Below, piece after piece: positions 1-11,033 of a stretch of 64,000 bases of DNA (position 1 is its first letter; each line of letters starts with the position of its first letter). Where the stretch lies: positions 2,816,001-2,880,000 of the forward strand of contig CBDCWG010000012.1 in the NCBI GenBank assembly GCA_965223345.1. The letters run 5' to 3'. This stretch comes from Nitrospinales bacterium. Lineage in GTDB: Bacteria; Nitrospinota; Nitrospinia; Nitrospinales; VA-1. Made by a program: the position numbers and the translations under genes. Below the pieces are notes generated by a model. It was not told the DNA's origin, did not search any database, and worked only from the letters and a program-made list of their open reading frames with translations.

Positions 1-393
1 CGCGATCTGCGGCACGGCATCGGGCCGCGATTCGAATATCGCGCCGATCACGCCGATGGGACAGGTGACGTGATGCAGGATCAGACCCTCATCCAGTTCG
101 GTGACGCTTTTCACGCGCCCCACCGGGTCTTCCAGTCTGGCGACGCTCAGGATGCCCTGCGCCATCGCCGCCACTTTCGCTGCGTCCACAGCGAGGCGGG
201 CGATCAGCGGGCCGGGCAGGTTCTCCGACTTGGCGTACTCGAGGTCTTTTTTGTTGGCCTCAAGGATGGGTTCGACGTTGTTCTCGAGCGCCGCCGCCAT
301 TCTTTCAAGGGCGCGGTTCTTCAGATCGGTGGACGCCCGCGCCAGGACGAGGGCCGCTTCTTTGGCCTGGGCGGCGATTTCGGAAACTGTCAT
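1..393 (-). CDS. proA: Gamma-glutamyl phosphate reductase, N-terminal part (runs off the window start)
   Basis: Not in the ORF track. Manual translation from ATG at 393 gives MTVSEIAAQAKEAA...KNRALERMA...ILEANKKDL...LEDPVG...CPIGVIGAIFESRPDAVPQIA, the ProA N-terminal signature. Confidence 0.95.
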   Translation of the reverse strand, partial: MTVSEIAAQAKEAALVLARASTDLKNRALERMAAALENNVEPILEANKKDLEYAKSENLPGPLIARLAVDAAKVAAMAQGILSVARLEDPVGRVKSVTELDEGLILHHVTCPIGVIGAIFESRPDAVPQIA

Positions 394-476
394 GCTAAAC
401 CTGTGGTTTCAATAAACGTGCTCAATTATAACGCATTGCAGGAGGGAGCGTTTCTGATTTCGGCGGAGAAACTTCC

Positions 477-1442
477 TCATTCCGATTCTCCGGGATAAAT
501 GGGGTTTTTGATGCGGGTGAGGTGCTCGGAGGTTTCGATTTTTTCGACACCCGCATCGCCGATGTGGTTTCCCCACAGCTTGAGAAACTCCAGGCAGGAA
601 AGGTTGGACGCCGAAGCCAGGGTTGCGGCGCCTGCGGTTGTGATGCGGTTCCATTGCAGATCGAGGGTTTGCAGATTATCCAGCCCCGGGATGTTCACCA
701 GCGCCTGCAAACCCGCATCGCCCAGGCGGTTTTTTTTGAGATTGAGGTTCTTCAAGGCGTCGAGCGAAGCTCCCTGTTTCAGATTTTGCATCCCCTCGGG
801 ACCGATGCCGTTGCCGGAAAGATCCAGAACTTCAAGCTGCGTTAAAAAGGGTGCGCGGCTGAGCTCCAGTAGCCCTTCATCGCCGATCGCGTTGCTGCCG
901 AGATGCAATTCGCGCAGGTTTTTGAGCGCTTGCGTCTGAGCCAGAGCCCGCACGCCTTCGACGCCGAGACCGCTTTCGGCCAGATTGAGGGAAACCAGGT
1001 TTTCCAGCAGCGGTGCATCGGCAATCGCCTGCGTCCCGGCGACGCCGATGGGGTTGTTCCACAAATTCAATGTTTGCAGGTGACGCAGGTTTTGCGAAGC
1101 GACGAGCGCCGCGATGCCGGCAGGGCCTATGCGGTTGTCGAACAGATTCAACGTCCGCAGATTCCCCAGGTATTTCGATTCGGCCAGCGCTTTCGCGCCT
1201 TTATCGCCGATCCAGTGGGAGATCAGGACCAGCGTTTTCACCTCGCTCACGAGGCGGGAGCGCGCGAGGCGCAGCGCGCCTTTTTCGTACAGCGTGCCGC
1301 TGTTTCTCAAATCCAGATGGGTGCCATCCTGGGTCATGTCCTTCAGGATGAGCGTGTTGATGTCGTAGCCGATGGCCGGTGGGACCGAAAGCAGCGTGAC
1401 GAGCAGCAGTGAAACGAACGCGAGGCGTGTGGATGCGGTCAT
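477..1442 (-). CDS. Secreted leucine-rich repeat protein (27-aa RI-like repeats)
   Basis: Hydrophobic signal peptide followed by LxxLxLxxNxIGxxGxxALA repeats. Confidence 0.9.
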   Translation of the reverse strand: MTASTRLAFVSLLLVTLLSVPPAIGYDINTLILKDMTQDGTHLDLRNSGTLYEKGALRLARSRLVSEVKTLVLISHWIGDKGAKALAESKYLGNLRTLNLFDNRIGPAGIAALVASQNLRHLQTLNLWNNPIGVAGTQAIADAPLLENLVSLNLAESGLGVEGVRALAQTQALKNLRELHLGSNAIGDEGLLELSRAPFLTQLEVLDLSGNGIGPEGMQNLKQGASLDALKNLNLKKNRLGDAGLQALVNIPGLDNLQTLDLQWNRITTAGAATLASASNLSCLEFLKLWGNHIGDAGVEKIETSEHLTRIKNPIYPGESE

Positions 1443-1467
1443 ATTTTTTTACAGGATGTCCGTTGGA

Positions 1468-3642
1468 TCAGGGAAAATTGTGAACGGTGATTCTGACTTC
1501 CAACCCATCCTGCAGCCAGCCGAAATTGCCGTGACCGGCCACGGTGTGGATGTTTCCTTGCGGATCGATTTTGCGAATGCGGTTGTTGTCGCGATCGGTG
1601 AAATAAATGTTTCCCTGTGCGTCGAAACTCATGCGAAAGGGGCTCTTGATCCTGGCGGCGGCCGCCGGGCCGCCGTCGCCGCTGAAACCGGGGGTTCCCG
1701 TACCGGCAAACCGGCTGATGGTGCCGTCCGGTGCGATCTTGCGGATCACCGAGCTGGTCTCCTCGATGACGAACAGCGATCCGTCCGGCGACAGGGCCAG
1801 TCCGCCGGGAGAGCGGATGCCCGCGCTGAGGGCGGAGCCTTCATCGCCCGAATCGCGGAACGCGCCGGAACCGGCCACGGTGGTTACCTTGCCATCGGCG
1901 CCGATGCGGCGGATCTTGCTGCTGCCGGAATCGGAAAAGTAGATGTTGCCCGCGTCATCGACCGCCAGCCCGTTGGGATGCACTTCGGACCCCGCGACCG
2001 ACTCCTTGCCGAACACTTTGGTGATGATGCCGTTCTTGTCGATCTTGCGGATGCTGAAATTGGTCTTGTCGGCGATGTAGACGTTGCCGTCCCGGTCGGT
2101 GGCGATGTCGGTGATCGTGTAAAACGAAGCGTCCACGGCGGGTCCGCCGTCGCCGCCGTCGCCTTGTATGCCGTTGCCGGCGAAATGGGTGATGATGCCG
2201 TTGGCATCGATCTTTCGCACGTTCCAGCCGTTGCCGGAACGGCCGGCGACGTAAATATTGTCATCCTTGTCGATGGCCATCGCCGAAGGCAGATACAGCG
2301 TGGCCTCGCGCGCGGGTCCGCCGTCGCCCTCGTTGCCCAGCGTTCCGGTGCCGGCGAAGGTGCCAATGATGCCGTTGGCGTCGATCGTGCGGATGCGGTT
2401 GTGGTTTTTCTCGGCAAAATAGACGAGCCCCTTGCTGTCCACCACCAGCCCCGAGGGCGCGTTGAGCGTCGCCCCGCGTCCCGGACCGCCGTCGCCTTTA
2501 AACAAGGAACGTCCGTTGCCCGCGATGGTGCGCACCGTGTGTTTTTTCAGATCGACGCTGCGCACCCGGAAATGCGAGCGGTCCACCACGATCAATTGCT
2601 GGCGCTTTTTGCCGATGGCCAGGGCGAAGGGCAGGTGCAGGTTGGTCTCCACCGCGATCTCGCGGTCGCCGTTGAAATCCGGTTTGCCCGTGCCCATGAA
2701 GGTGGTGATGACGCCCTGCGGATCGACCCGCCGCACGCGGTTGTTGTTGCGGTCGGAAATGTACAGGTTGCCCGCATCGTCCGCCACGACGTCGGTCGGG
2801 TACGCGAGGCTGGACTGATTGGCCGGGCCGTAGTCGCCGCTGAAGGAATGCATGCCGTCCCCCGCGACGGTGGAGATGATGCCCTCCGGCGTCACTTTGC
2901 GGATGCGGTTGTTGCCGCGGTCGGCGATGTACAGGTTGCCCTGCTTGTCCAGGCAGATGCCGAAGGGATACTTGAGCAACGCGTCCTCGGCGGGACCGAA
3001 ATCGCCGCCGAATTCCGCCGGCCCCAGTCCGGCGACGGTGGTGATGATGCCGCCGGCGTCCACTTTGCGCACCCGATTGTTGGAGCGGTCGGAAATGAAG
3101 ATATTGCCTTTGTCGTCCACCGCCAGATCCGAGGGCAGGTTGAGGCTGGCTTCGAGGGCCGGGCCTTCGTCGCCCATCATGTCGGCTTCGCCGTTGCCGG
3201 CGATCGTGGTGATCACCCCTTGCGGGCTCACTTTGCGGATGCGGTGGTTGTTGCGGTCGGCGATGTACAGGTTGCCCTGCTCATCCAGCACCAGGCCCGC
3301 GGGAAAATTGAGTTCCGCTTCTACCGCCGGTCCGCCGTCGCCGCTGAATCCGGCGATCCCGGTGCCGGCGACGGTGGTGATGGTGCCGTCCGCCTTGATT
3401 TTGCGGATGCGGTTTTTGGAACGGTGCGAGATGTAGATGTCGCCGTCGGGGCCGACCGCGACGCCGTCCACCAGGGTCAGGGTCACGTCGGTGGCCGGGC
3501 TGCCGTCCTGCACGTCCTCGAACGGCACATCCGGGATGGCCCAGGCGGTGGCGGTCATCGTCAATACCCAAAACAGGACGATGCCCATCGGCCACCCTGC
3601 GAAATGTTTTCGCAATCTATTCATATATAGGTCAGGATTCAT
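1468..3642 (-). CDS. Secreted NHL-repeat protein (teneurin-type NHL, about 12 blades)
   Basis: Signal peptide (...ATAWA), then ~56-aa repeats GNLYIADRxNxRIRK...ITTVAGxG..GFSGDGGPA..A.L..P. Start could be M1 or M7. Confidence 0.92.
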   Translation of the reverse strand: MNPDLYMNRLRKHFAGWPMGIVLFWVLTMTATAWAIPDVPFEDVQDGSPATDVTLTLVDGVAVGPDGDIYISHRSKNRIRKIKADGTITTVAGTGIAGFSGDGGPAVEAELNFPAGLVLDEQGNLYIADRNNHRIRKVSPQGVITTIAGNGEADMMGDEGPALEASLNLPSDLAVDDKGNIFISDRSNNRVRKVDAGGIITTVAGLGPAEFGGDFGPAEDALLKYPFGICLDKQGNLYIADRGNNRIRKVTPEGIISTVAGDGMHSFSGDYGPANQSSLAYPTDVVADDAGNLYISDRNNNRVRRVDPQGVITTFMGTGKPDFNGDREIAVETNLHLPFALAIGKKRQQLIVVDRSHFRVRSVDLKKHTVRTIAGNGRSLFKGDGGPGRGATLNAPSGLVVDSKGLVYFAEKNHNRIRTIDANGIIGTFAGTGTLGNEGDGGPAREATLYLPSAMAIDKDDNIYVAGRSGNGWNVRKIDANGIITHFAGNGIQGDGGDGGPAVDASFYTITDIATDRDGNVYIADKTNFSIRKIDKNGIITKVFGKESVAGSEVHPNGLAVDDAGNIYFSDSGSSKIRRIGADGKVTTVAGSGAFRDSGDEGSALSAGIRSPGGLALSPDGSLFVIEETSSVIRKIAPDGTISRFAGTGTPGFSGDGGPAAAARIKSPFRMSFDAQGNIYFTDRDNNRIRKIDPQGNIHTVAGHGNFGWLQDGLEVRITVHNFP

Positions 3643-3655
3643 GGCACCCTCGCTC

Positions 3656-4459
3656 TCAACGGATGATCACCTGCAATCCCTTCTTTTTCGCAATCCGGAA
3701 CGCCTCGATCTGCATATCGGGACTGAGGTTGTTCAGCACGAGGTCGAGGATTTTGAGATTGGGAAAATGGTCCGAGCGCACGATCGCCCGCACGCCTTCG
3801 TCGCCGATGTTGTTCTGCCCCAGATACAGGGACTCCAGTTTGGGGAAATTTTTCGACTGCGCCAGCGCCACCGCGCCGCCGTCGCCGATTTCGTTGCGGA
3901 ACAGGTTGAGCGTTTCCAGGTTCGGGAACGCCTGCACTTTCGCCAGTTCGGCCATGCCCAGCGGCGTGATCAGGTTGTCGTTCAGCATCAGCGTCTTGAG
4001 GTTCTGAAAGTTCTTCGATTTCGCCACGTATTCGAACGCGTCGTCGCCGATCTCATTTTTCCACAGCTTGAGCGATTCCAGTTTGTTGAGGTGCGGCGAT
4101 TCGGCCAGCGCCTTGAGTCCCACGTCGCCCGCCAGGTTTCCCCACAGGTCGAGGTGCTTCACATTGGCGAGATGCGGGGATTTCGCCAGCGCCTTGACGC
4201 CGCGCGCCTTGATCTTGTTGCCCTGCAGGCGCAGGGTGGTGACGGTGGCAAGGATTTCCATGGCGGCCATCTTCTTGGCGCCCCTGGGGCCGATGACCAC
4301 GCCGGTCAGATCGAGCAGGGTGCCGTTCTGGCCGAGGCGTTTCTCGATCAGGGTTTCGACGTTGTCGGCGGCGAAGCTCACCCCGGAGGTGAGCAGCGTG
4401 AAAAAAACAGCCAGCAACCCTGTTCGTATTCGACCCGCTCCGATGAAATCGCGTTCCAT
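3656..4459 (-). CDS. Secreted leucine-rich repeat protein
   Basis: Signal peptide ending in VSFA, followed by 27-aa LRRs (LxxLxLxxNxIGDxG). Paralog of 477..1442. Confidence 0.9.
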   Translation of the reverse strand: MERDFIGAGRIRTGLLAVFFTLLTSGVSFAADNVETLIEKRLGQNGTLLDLTGVVIGPRGAKKMAAMEILATVTTLRLQGNKIKARGVKALAKSPHLANVKHLDLWGNLAGDVGLKALAESPHLNKLESLKLWKNEIGDDAFEYVAKSKNFQNLKTLMLNDNLITPLGMAELAKVQAFPNLETLNLFRNEIGDGGAVALAQSKNFPKLESLYLGQNNIGDEGVRAIVRSDHFPNLKILDLVLNNLSPDMQIEAFRIAKKKGLQVIIR

Positions 4460-4492
4460 GGTGGACCCCGTTTGTTGCGGATGGTAGAGATT

Positions 4493-5176
4493 CTAGGCTA
4501 TCAGATATTTAAAGATAGTATATATGATTTTTGTGCCCGCTTTCACGGTTCCGGAAACGGTGCCGGTGATCTTCGAAACCCCGAGCCGCTCCCGGTAATG
4601 CACGGGGATCTCCGCGATCCGGAGTCCCTTACGGACCGCTTTAATCTGCATTTCCACGGTCCAGCCGAAATCGGTGTCGGTCATGCCGAGCGATTGCAGA
4701 GAATCGTAGCGGATGGCTCGAAACGGCCCCAGATCGGTGAACCGATACCCGAAAAACAGGCGGATGAGAAACACCGCGAGCTGGTTGCCGTAGCGGGACT
4801 GCGGCAGCAGCGCGGCGCGGCTTTCCGGGTACAGCATGCGGCTCCCCAAGACAAAATCCTTCTCGCCCGCGACGATGGGCTCTAAAAGCAGCGTGATCTC
4901 CTCGGGATAGTCGCTGTAGTCGGCATCCAGAAACACGACGATGTCCGGCTGGTCGAGGTTGGCGATGCCCGCGAGACAGGCGGAGCCGTAGCCGCGGCGC
5001 TTTTCCTCGATGACGCGCGCGCCGTGCTGCCTGGCGACTTCAGGGGTCCGGTCGGTGGAGCCGTTGTCCACGACGAGGATCTCGTGCAGGCGGTCCGTCG
5101 GCAGGTGGCTCAGCACTTCGCCGATGGAAAGCTCTTCATTGAGAGCGGGAATGATGACGGACACACGCGGCTTCAT
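4493..5176 (-). CDS. Glycosyltransferase family 2
   Basis: VSVIIPALNEE, VVDNGSTD, GYGSAC, FLDADYSD motifs. Confidence 0.92.
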   Translation of the reverse strand: MKPRVSVIIPALNEELSIGEVLSHLPTDRLHEILVVDNGSTDRTPEVARQHGARVIEEKRRGYGSACLAGIANLDQPDIVVFLDADYSDYPEEITLLLEPIVAGEKDFVLGSRMLYPESRAALLPQSRYGNQLAVFLIRLFFGYRFTDLGPFRAIRYDSLQSLGMTDTDFGWTVEMQIKAVRKGLRIAEIPVHYRERLGVSKITGTVSGTVKAGTKIIYTIFKYLIA

Positions 5177-5189
5177 GAGGCGGGGCGGT

Positions 5190-5989
5190 TCAGTCCAGAT
5201 CCGTGAGGGCCTGCTTCACCTCGGCGACAAACCGGCCCACTTTCGCGTCGCGTTCTTCGGCTGCGCCGTTCTGTTCGATCAGCCGCACGATGGCGGAGCC
5301 GACGATGACCCCGTCGGAAAAACGGGCGGCGTCTTTCGCCTGCTCGGGACCGGAAATGCCGAATCCGACGAGGACCGGCAGGTTGGCGGCGCTCTTGATG
5401 GCCGCAACCTTGTCGCGCAAGCCCTCGGCAAGGGAAGTACGCACGCCGGTGGTGCCGGTGAGCGAAACGTAATAGATGAAACCGCGGCTTTTCCCGGCCA
5501 CCAGGCGCACGCGTTGTTCGGTGCTGGTGGGTGCGAGCAGGAAAACCACATCGAGGCCACCCGCGTCGGCGATTTTGCAGAACGCTCCCGCTTCCTCGGG
5601 CGGCAGATCGGGGATGATGGCCCCATCCACGCCCGCTTTGAGCGCGTCTGCAACGAACGCTTCCTGACCGTAGGCGAACACGGGGTTGAAACTGGTCATC
5701 AGCACGATGGGCAGATCGGAACCCTTGCGGATTTCGGCAACCAGGGCGAGGATCTTTTTCAGCGTGGTGCCGCTTTTCAGAGCGCGTTGCGAGGAAGCCT
5801 GGATCACCGGCCCGTCGGCGAGCGGATCGGAAAACGGCACGCCCAGTTCGATGATGTCCGCGCCGCTTTTCTCGATGACGCCGAACAGGTCTTTGGTCGT
5901 GGACAGATCGGGATCGCCCGCGGTGATGAACGCGACCAGCGCCTTGCGGTTTTGCGATTTCAGTTTTTCGAAACAGGCGGTGATACGGC

Positions 5990-5993
<4 letters not shown>
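5190..5993 (-). CDS. trpA: Tryptophan synthase alpha chain
   Basis: [27 protein letters not shown] and GVIVGSA motifs. 4-nt overlap with trpB. Confidence 0.98.
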
Positions 5994-7201
<1,208 letters not shown>

Positions 7202-7268
7202 TTTGATTCTCGAAGGCTCCGCGATGATATTTATAGAGTTTCTGTATTGAGATCTTTGTACAAGCTGC

Positions 7269-7326
7269 TGTCATGCTGAGCCTGTCGAAGCAGGACTCCG
7301 CACCCTTCGACAAGCTCAGGGTGACA
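7269..7326. repeat. REP-like extragenic inverted repeat
   Basis: TGTCATGCTGAGCCTGTCGAAG (7269-7290) and CTTCGACAAGCTCAGGGTGACA (7305-7326) form a 22-bp inverted repeat with 19/22 matches and a 14-nt loop. Confidence 0.75.
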
Positions 7327-7383
7327 TCGAGACAGGGTTTTCCTGTCCTGTTGGCCGATACAAAGATCCCGCCGGACAAATCC

Positions 7384-8013
7384 TTACCCTTTATTCGCGG
7401 CGATGACAAACGCCCGCACTTTATCCGGGTCCTTGACGCCGAGGGATTTCTCCACGCCCGAGCAGACATCCACCGCGTACGGCTGCACCCGCTTGACCGC
7501 CTGGCGCACGTTGGCGGGAGTGAGCCCGCCGGCCAGGATGACGGGGCCGAATTTCTTGCCGCGGTGGACCCAGTTCCAGTCGAAGGTCTCGCCGGTGCCG
7601 CCCGGCGCCTTTTCGGACCAGGCGTCGAGCAGAAAGCCGCTGACTGGATAGCGGTCGAGACCCTTGAGCGAGGCGGCGTTTTCCACCCGCACCGCTTTGA
7701 TCACCTTGCGGCGGATACGCCTGCAAAACGCGGGCGTTTCTTTGCCGTGCAACTGAACGGCGTCGAGCTTGCAGGTTTCGGCGATGCGGTTGATCCTCTC
7801 TGCGGTTTCATCGACGAACACGCCGACAGTTTCGACGAACGGCGGCAGCACCTGCACGATCTGTTTCACCGTCTGCATGGAAACGAAACGCGGGCTCTTG
7901 CGGTAAAAGATGAATCCCAGCGCATCGGCTCCGGCTTCCACCGCGAGCAATGCATCCTTCAGATTCGTGTTGCCGCAAATTTTGACTTTCACATCCGCCG
8001 CCGGTTTCGGCAT
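7384..8013 (-). CDS. trpF: Phosphoribosylanthranilate isomerase
   Basis: VKICG, GADALGFIF..KSPR, VQLHG, GGTGETFDW, LAGGL, DVCSGVE. Confidence 0.97.
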   Translation of the reverse strand: MPKPAADVKVKICGNTNLKDALLAVEAGADALGFIFYRKSPRFVSMQTVKQIVQVLPPFVETVGVFVDETAERINRIAETCKLDAVQLHGKETPAFCRRIRRKVIKAVRVENAASLKGLDRYPVSGFLLDAWSEKAPGGTGETFDWNWVHRGKKFGPVILAGGLTPANVRQAVKRVQPYAVDVCSGVEKSLGVKDPDKVRAFVIAANKG

Positions 8014-8124
8014 GAAAACTTTTTCCTGTAAATTTCGGTCGTTTTGATTTACAATCCGTTTCGCAGCTGTCCTGGTTGTATCCTTTCTTTTCCTTTACTT
8101 AAGAACCACTCCAAAAAAGCTCTC

Positions 8125-8544
8125 ATGAAAAAAATCAAATCTCTCGCGCTTTTCCTTTTTGTCCTCTTTTCCCTCTTCGCGGCCGGTTGCGGCACCACTG
8201 AAAACATAGACGGCGTCGAGGTCGGCACCGACTTTCAGGGACGCGGCGTCAAAACCTTCCGGGTTCCGGTGTTTCCTCTGTACGAAGCCACTCTGGAAGC
8301 CCTGAAGAACATGAACCTGCCCCTGGACGACAACATCGAACTGGATAACAAGTACCAGCTTACCTCCGAGACCGACAAGCTCAACATCATCATCGACCTG
8401 GAAGGAATCGGTCCGAAAATCTCCCGCATCACGGTGCGTGCGCAGGAAGGCGGCTTCTTTTCGCTTTCCCACGATGAGGACATGGGCCGCGAGATCATCA
8501 AAGAGACCGCTCTGGTGCTGGAATCGCGCGGCGTCCTCGAGTGA
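8125..8544 (+). CDS. Lipoprotein, DUF3568-like
   Basis: Start reassigned to ATG 8125 (MKKIKS...). Lipobox LFAAGC. Small alpha/beta pattern resembling DUF3568. Confidence 0.7.
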   Translation: MKKIKSLALFLFVLFSLFAAGCGTTENIDGVEVGTDFQGRGVKTFRVPVFPLYEATLEALKNMNLPLDDNIELDNKYQLTSETDKLNIIIDLEGIGPKISRITVRAQEGGFFSLSHDEDMGREIIKETALVLESRGVLE

Positions 8545-8548
8545 TTTT

Positions 8549-9361
8549 TTAAGCTTCCTGCACCGGTGTCTTTAGTCTGCCCGCCAGCGCTTTAAGCGTC
8601 TCGCCCCGGTTTTGCGCCCGCATCAGGCTCTCGCCCACTAAAAACGCGTGCGCTCCCAGATCCTGCATTTCCGTGATCTGCGCGCATTCGTGAATCCCGC
8701 TCTCCACGACGAGAACGTTGCCCGGCACCTGCTTCGCCAGCGGAATGAGCCGCCGGGAAATATCCAGATCCGTTTTCCCTGAAGTCAGGTCGCGGTTGTT
8801 GATGCCGATGAGAAAGCCGCCGGAGGCAAAAGCCTTTTCCATATCGGCTTCGTGGTGCGTTTCCACCAGAGCCGGAATGCCGATCTCCTCGCCCAGCGCC
8901 AACAGATCGGCGAGATGATTTTTATCCAGCGAGGTCGCGATCAGGAGAAAAAAATCCGCACCGCAGGCACGGGATTCGTACACCTGGTATTCGTCGAAAA
9001 TAAAATCCTTGCGCAACAGCGGCGTTGGCACCGCCGCGCGCACGCTTTCGAAGATGTCGAGGCTGCCGCCGAAATGCGTCGATTCGGTCAGAATGGAAAT
9101 GGCGGCCGCGCCGTTATCCGCATAGCTCTGCCCGATCTGCACCGCATCGAAATCCGCAAGCAACTCGCCCTTGAACGGGGTGCGCCGCTTGATCTCGGCG
9201 ATGATGCGCGAGGGTTCGGAAGTTTCCAGCGCCGCCCGCACGTCCTGCGCCGCAGAACGGTCGCCCGCCCTGCCCTTCAGCTCGCTGAGCGGCACGCGCC
9301 GCTTCGTGTTGTCGAGCTCTTCTTTTTTATCGGCGAAAATCTTGTCCAGTATCGTCGGCAT
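8549..9361 (-). CDS. trpC: Indole-3-glycerol phosphate synthase
   Basis: IIAEIKR, AISILTE, LRKDFI, GINNRDL, ESGI, LVGESLM. Confidence 0.97.
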   Translation of the reverse strand: MPTILDKIFADKKEELDNTKRRVPLSELKGRAGDRSAAQDVRAALETSEPSRIIAEIKRRTPFKGELLADFDAVQIGQSYADNGAAAISILTESTHFGGSLDIFESVRAAVPTPLLRKDFIFDEYQVYESRACGADFFLLIATSLDKNHLADLLALGEEIGIPALVETHHEADMEKAFASGGFLIGINNRDLTSGKTDLDISRRLIPLAKQVPGNVLVVESGIHECAQITEMQDLGAHAFLVGESLMRAQNRGETLKALAGRLKTPVQEA

Positions 9362-9365
9362 TATT

Positions 9366-10379
9366 CTATGCGTTGCTGACCCGTATCAGGTCTTCCAGTT
9401 TTTTTTGCGCCGCCCCCGAAAGCACCGATTCACGCGCCGCTTCCACACCGGCCAGCAGGGAATCGGCTTTGCCGCTCACGAAGATGGCGGCTCCGGCGTT
9501 GACCAGCACGATGTCCAGATGCGGTCCGGGCCGGCCTTCAAGCACCGCACGCACGATGGCGGCGTTTTCCTCGGGCATGCCGCCGCGGACCAGCAGCGGC
9601 GAACAGCGTTTGAACCCGAAATCCTCCGGCGACACCGCGTACTCGCGCACACAGCCGTCCTTGAGTTCCGCGACGCGCGTGCCGCTCATAAGCGAAATTT
9701 CATCCAGACCGTCGTCGCCGTGCACCACCAGCGCCTGCCGCGCTCCCAGCGCCTTGAGCACTTCAGCCAGCGGCACGATCCATTTCCCGTCGAACACCCC
9801 GACCACCTGCGCGTGTGCGCCTGCGGGGTTGGTGAGCGGACCGAGCAGGTTGAACAGCGTGCGGATGCCCAGCTCCTTGCGCACCGCCGCGGCGTGCTTC
9901 ATCGCCCGGTGCATCAGCGGCGCGAATAAAAATCCGATGCCCGTTTTTCGGAGACAGGTCTCCACCCGTTCCTTATCGGCATCGACGTTGACGCCGAGGC
10001 ATTTTAAAACGTCGGCGCTGCCGGACTGGCTCGACACCGCGCGGTTGCCGTGCTTGGCGACGGTGACGCCCGCGCCTGCAGCGACGAACGCGGCGGCGGT
10101 GGATATGTTGAACGTCTGCCCGCCGTCCCCGCCGGTGCCGCAGGTGTCCACGACCGGGTCCGCATCGACGGACACGGTTTCGGCTTTTTCCCGCATGACG
10201 CGCGCCGCGCCGAGGATTTCCTCGACGGTCTCGCCCTTCATTCTGAGCGCGGTCAGAAACGCGGCCATCGGCGCTGCGGGCACCGCGCCTTCCATGATCG
10301 CCTGCATGACGGCGATCATCTCTTGTTCCGTCAGGCCCTGCCCTGTCAGGATTTTTTCCAGGGCCTGCTGGATGCTCAT
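9366..10379 (-). CDS. trpD: Anthranilate phosphoribosyltransferase
   Basis: Start at ATG 10379 (MSIQQALEK), with ATGA overlap with the trpG stop. [25 protein letters not shown] motifs. Confidence 0.97.
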   Translation of the reverse strand: MSIQQALEKILTGQGLTEQEMIAVMQAIMEGAVPAAPMAAFLTALRMKGETVEEILGAARVMREKAETVSVDADPVVDTCGTGGDGGQTFNISTAAAFVAAGAGVTVAKHGNRAVSSQSGSADVLKCLGVNVDADKERVETCLRKTGIGFLFAPLMHRAMKHAAAVRKELGIRTLFNLLGPLTNPAGAHAQVVGVFDGKWIVPLAEVLKALGARQALVVHGDDGLDEISLMSGTRVAELKDGCVREYAVSPEDFGFKRCSPLLVRGGMPEENAAIVRAVLEGRPGPHLDIVLVNAGAAIFVSGKADSLLAGVEAARESVLSGAAQKKLEDLIRVSNA

Positions 10380-10960
10380 GCGTTCACTCGCGCCGCCGGC
10401 ATGTTGAGAAAATTGCGCAACAGGTCCTTGCCGGAAAGCGTCAGAATCGATTCGGGATGAAACTGCACGCCTTCCAGCGGGTATTCCGCATGGCGGATGC
10501 CCATGATCTCGCCGTCGTCGCTCTCGGCGGTGATGGTGAAGCAGTCCGGCAAGGATTTGCGTTCCAGCACCAGCGAATGATAGCGGGTCGCCTCGAACGG
10601 GTTCGGCAGATTTTCGAACAAGCCCTTGCCGTCGTGTTGAATCATCGACGTCTTGCCGTGCATCAGCTTGCCGGCCTTCACGATTTTCGCACCCATCGCC
10701 TGACCGACGGACTGGTGCCCGAGGCACACGCCGAGAATGGGAATGCTGCCGGCGAAGCGCCGCACCACCTCGACGGAGATGCCCGCCTTGTCCGGCGTGC
10801 AGGGTCCGGGAGAGATGACGATCTTTTCCGGCGCCAGCGCCTCGATTTCGTCGAGGCCGATCTTGTCGTTGCGGATCACTTTCAGGTCGGCGCCCAGCTC
10901 GCCCATGTACTGCACGAGGTTGTAGGTGAAGGAATCGTAATTGTCGATCATCAGGATCAT
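10376..10960 (-). CDS. trpG: Anthranilate synthase component II (glutamine amidotransferase)
   Basis: [34 protein letters not shown]. Confidence 0.96.
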   Translation of the reverse strand: MILMIDNYDSFTYNLVQYMGELGADLKVIRNDKIGLDEIEALAPEKIVISPGPCTPDKAGISVEVVRRFAGSIPILGVCLGHQSVGQAMGAKIVKAGKLMHGKTSMIQHDGKGLFENLPNPFEATRYHSLVLERKSLPDCFTITAESDDGEIMGIRHAEYPLEGVQFHPESILTLSGKDLLRNFLNMPAARVNA

Positions 10961-11033
10961 GCCGCACACCTCGAAATCGCGGGCCGGAACCCTTCCGGCC
11001 TGTTCGGGCCATTATAGCGTATTCTCGCGGAAA

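Noticed and set aside
1372..3630. Long antisense or alternate-frame ORFs (also 10941..12515, 25843..27549, 43962..45620, 45747..47423, 54570..56459)
   Set aside because: These are shadow ORFs typical of GC-rich codon bias. Each overlaps a well-supported gene and has no recognisable motifs.
9366..11012. Apparent 548-aa TrpG-TrpD fusion or extended TrpD
   Set aside because: The extension is an off-frame reading of trpG. The real trpD starts at 10379 with an ATGA overlap.
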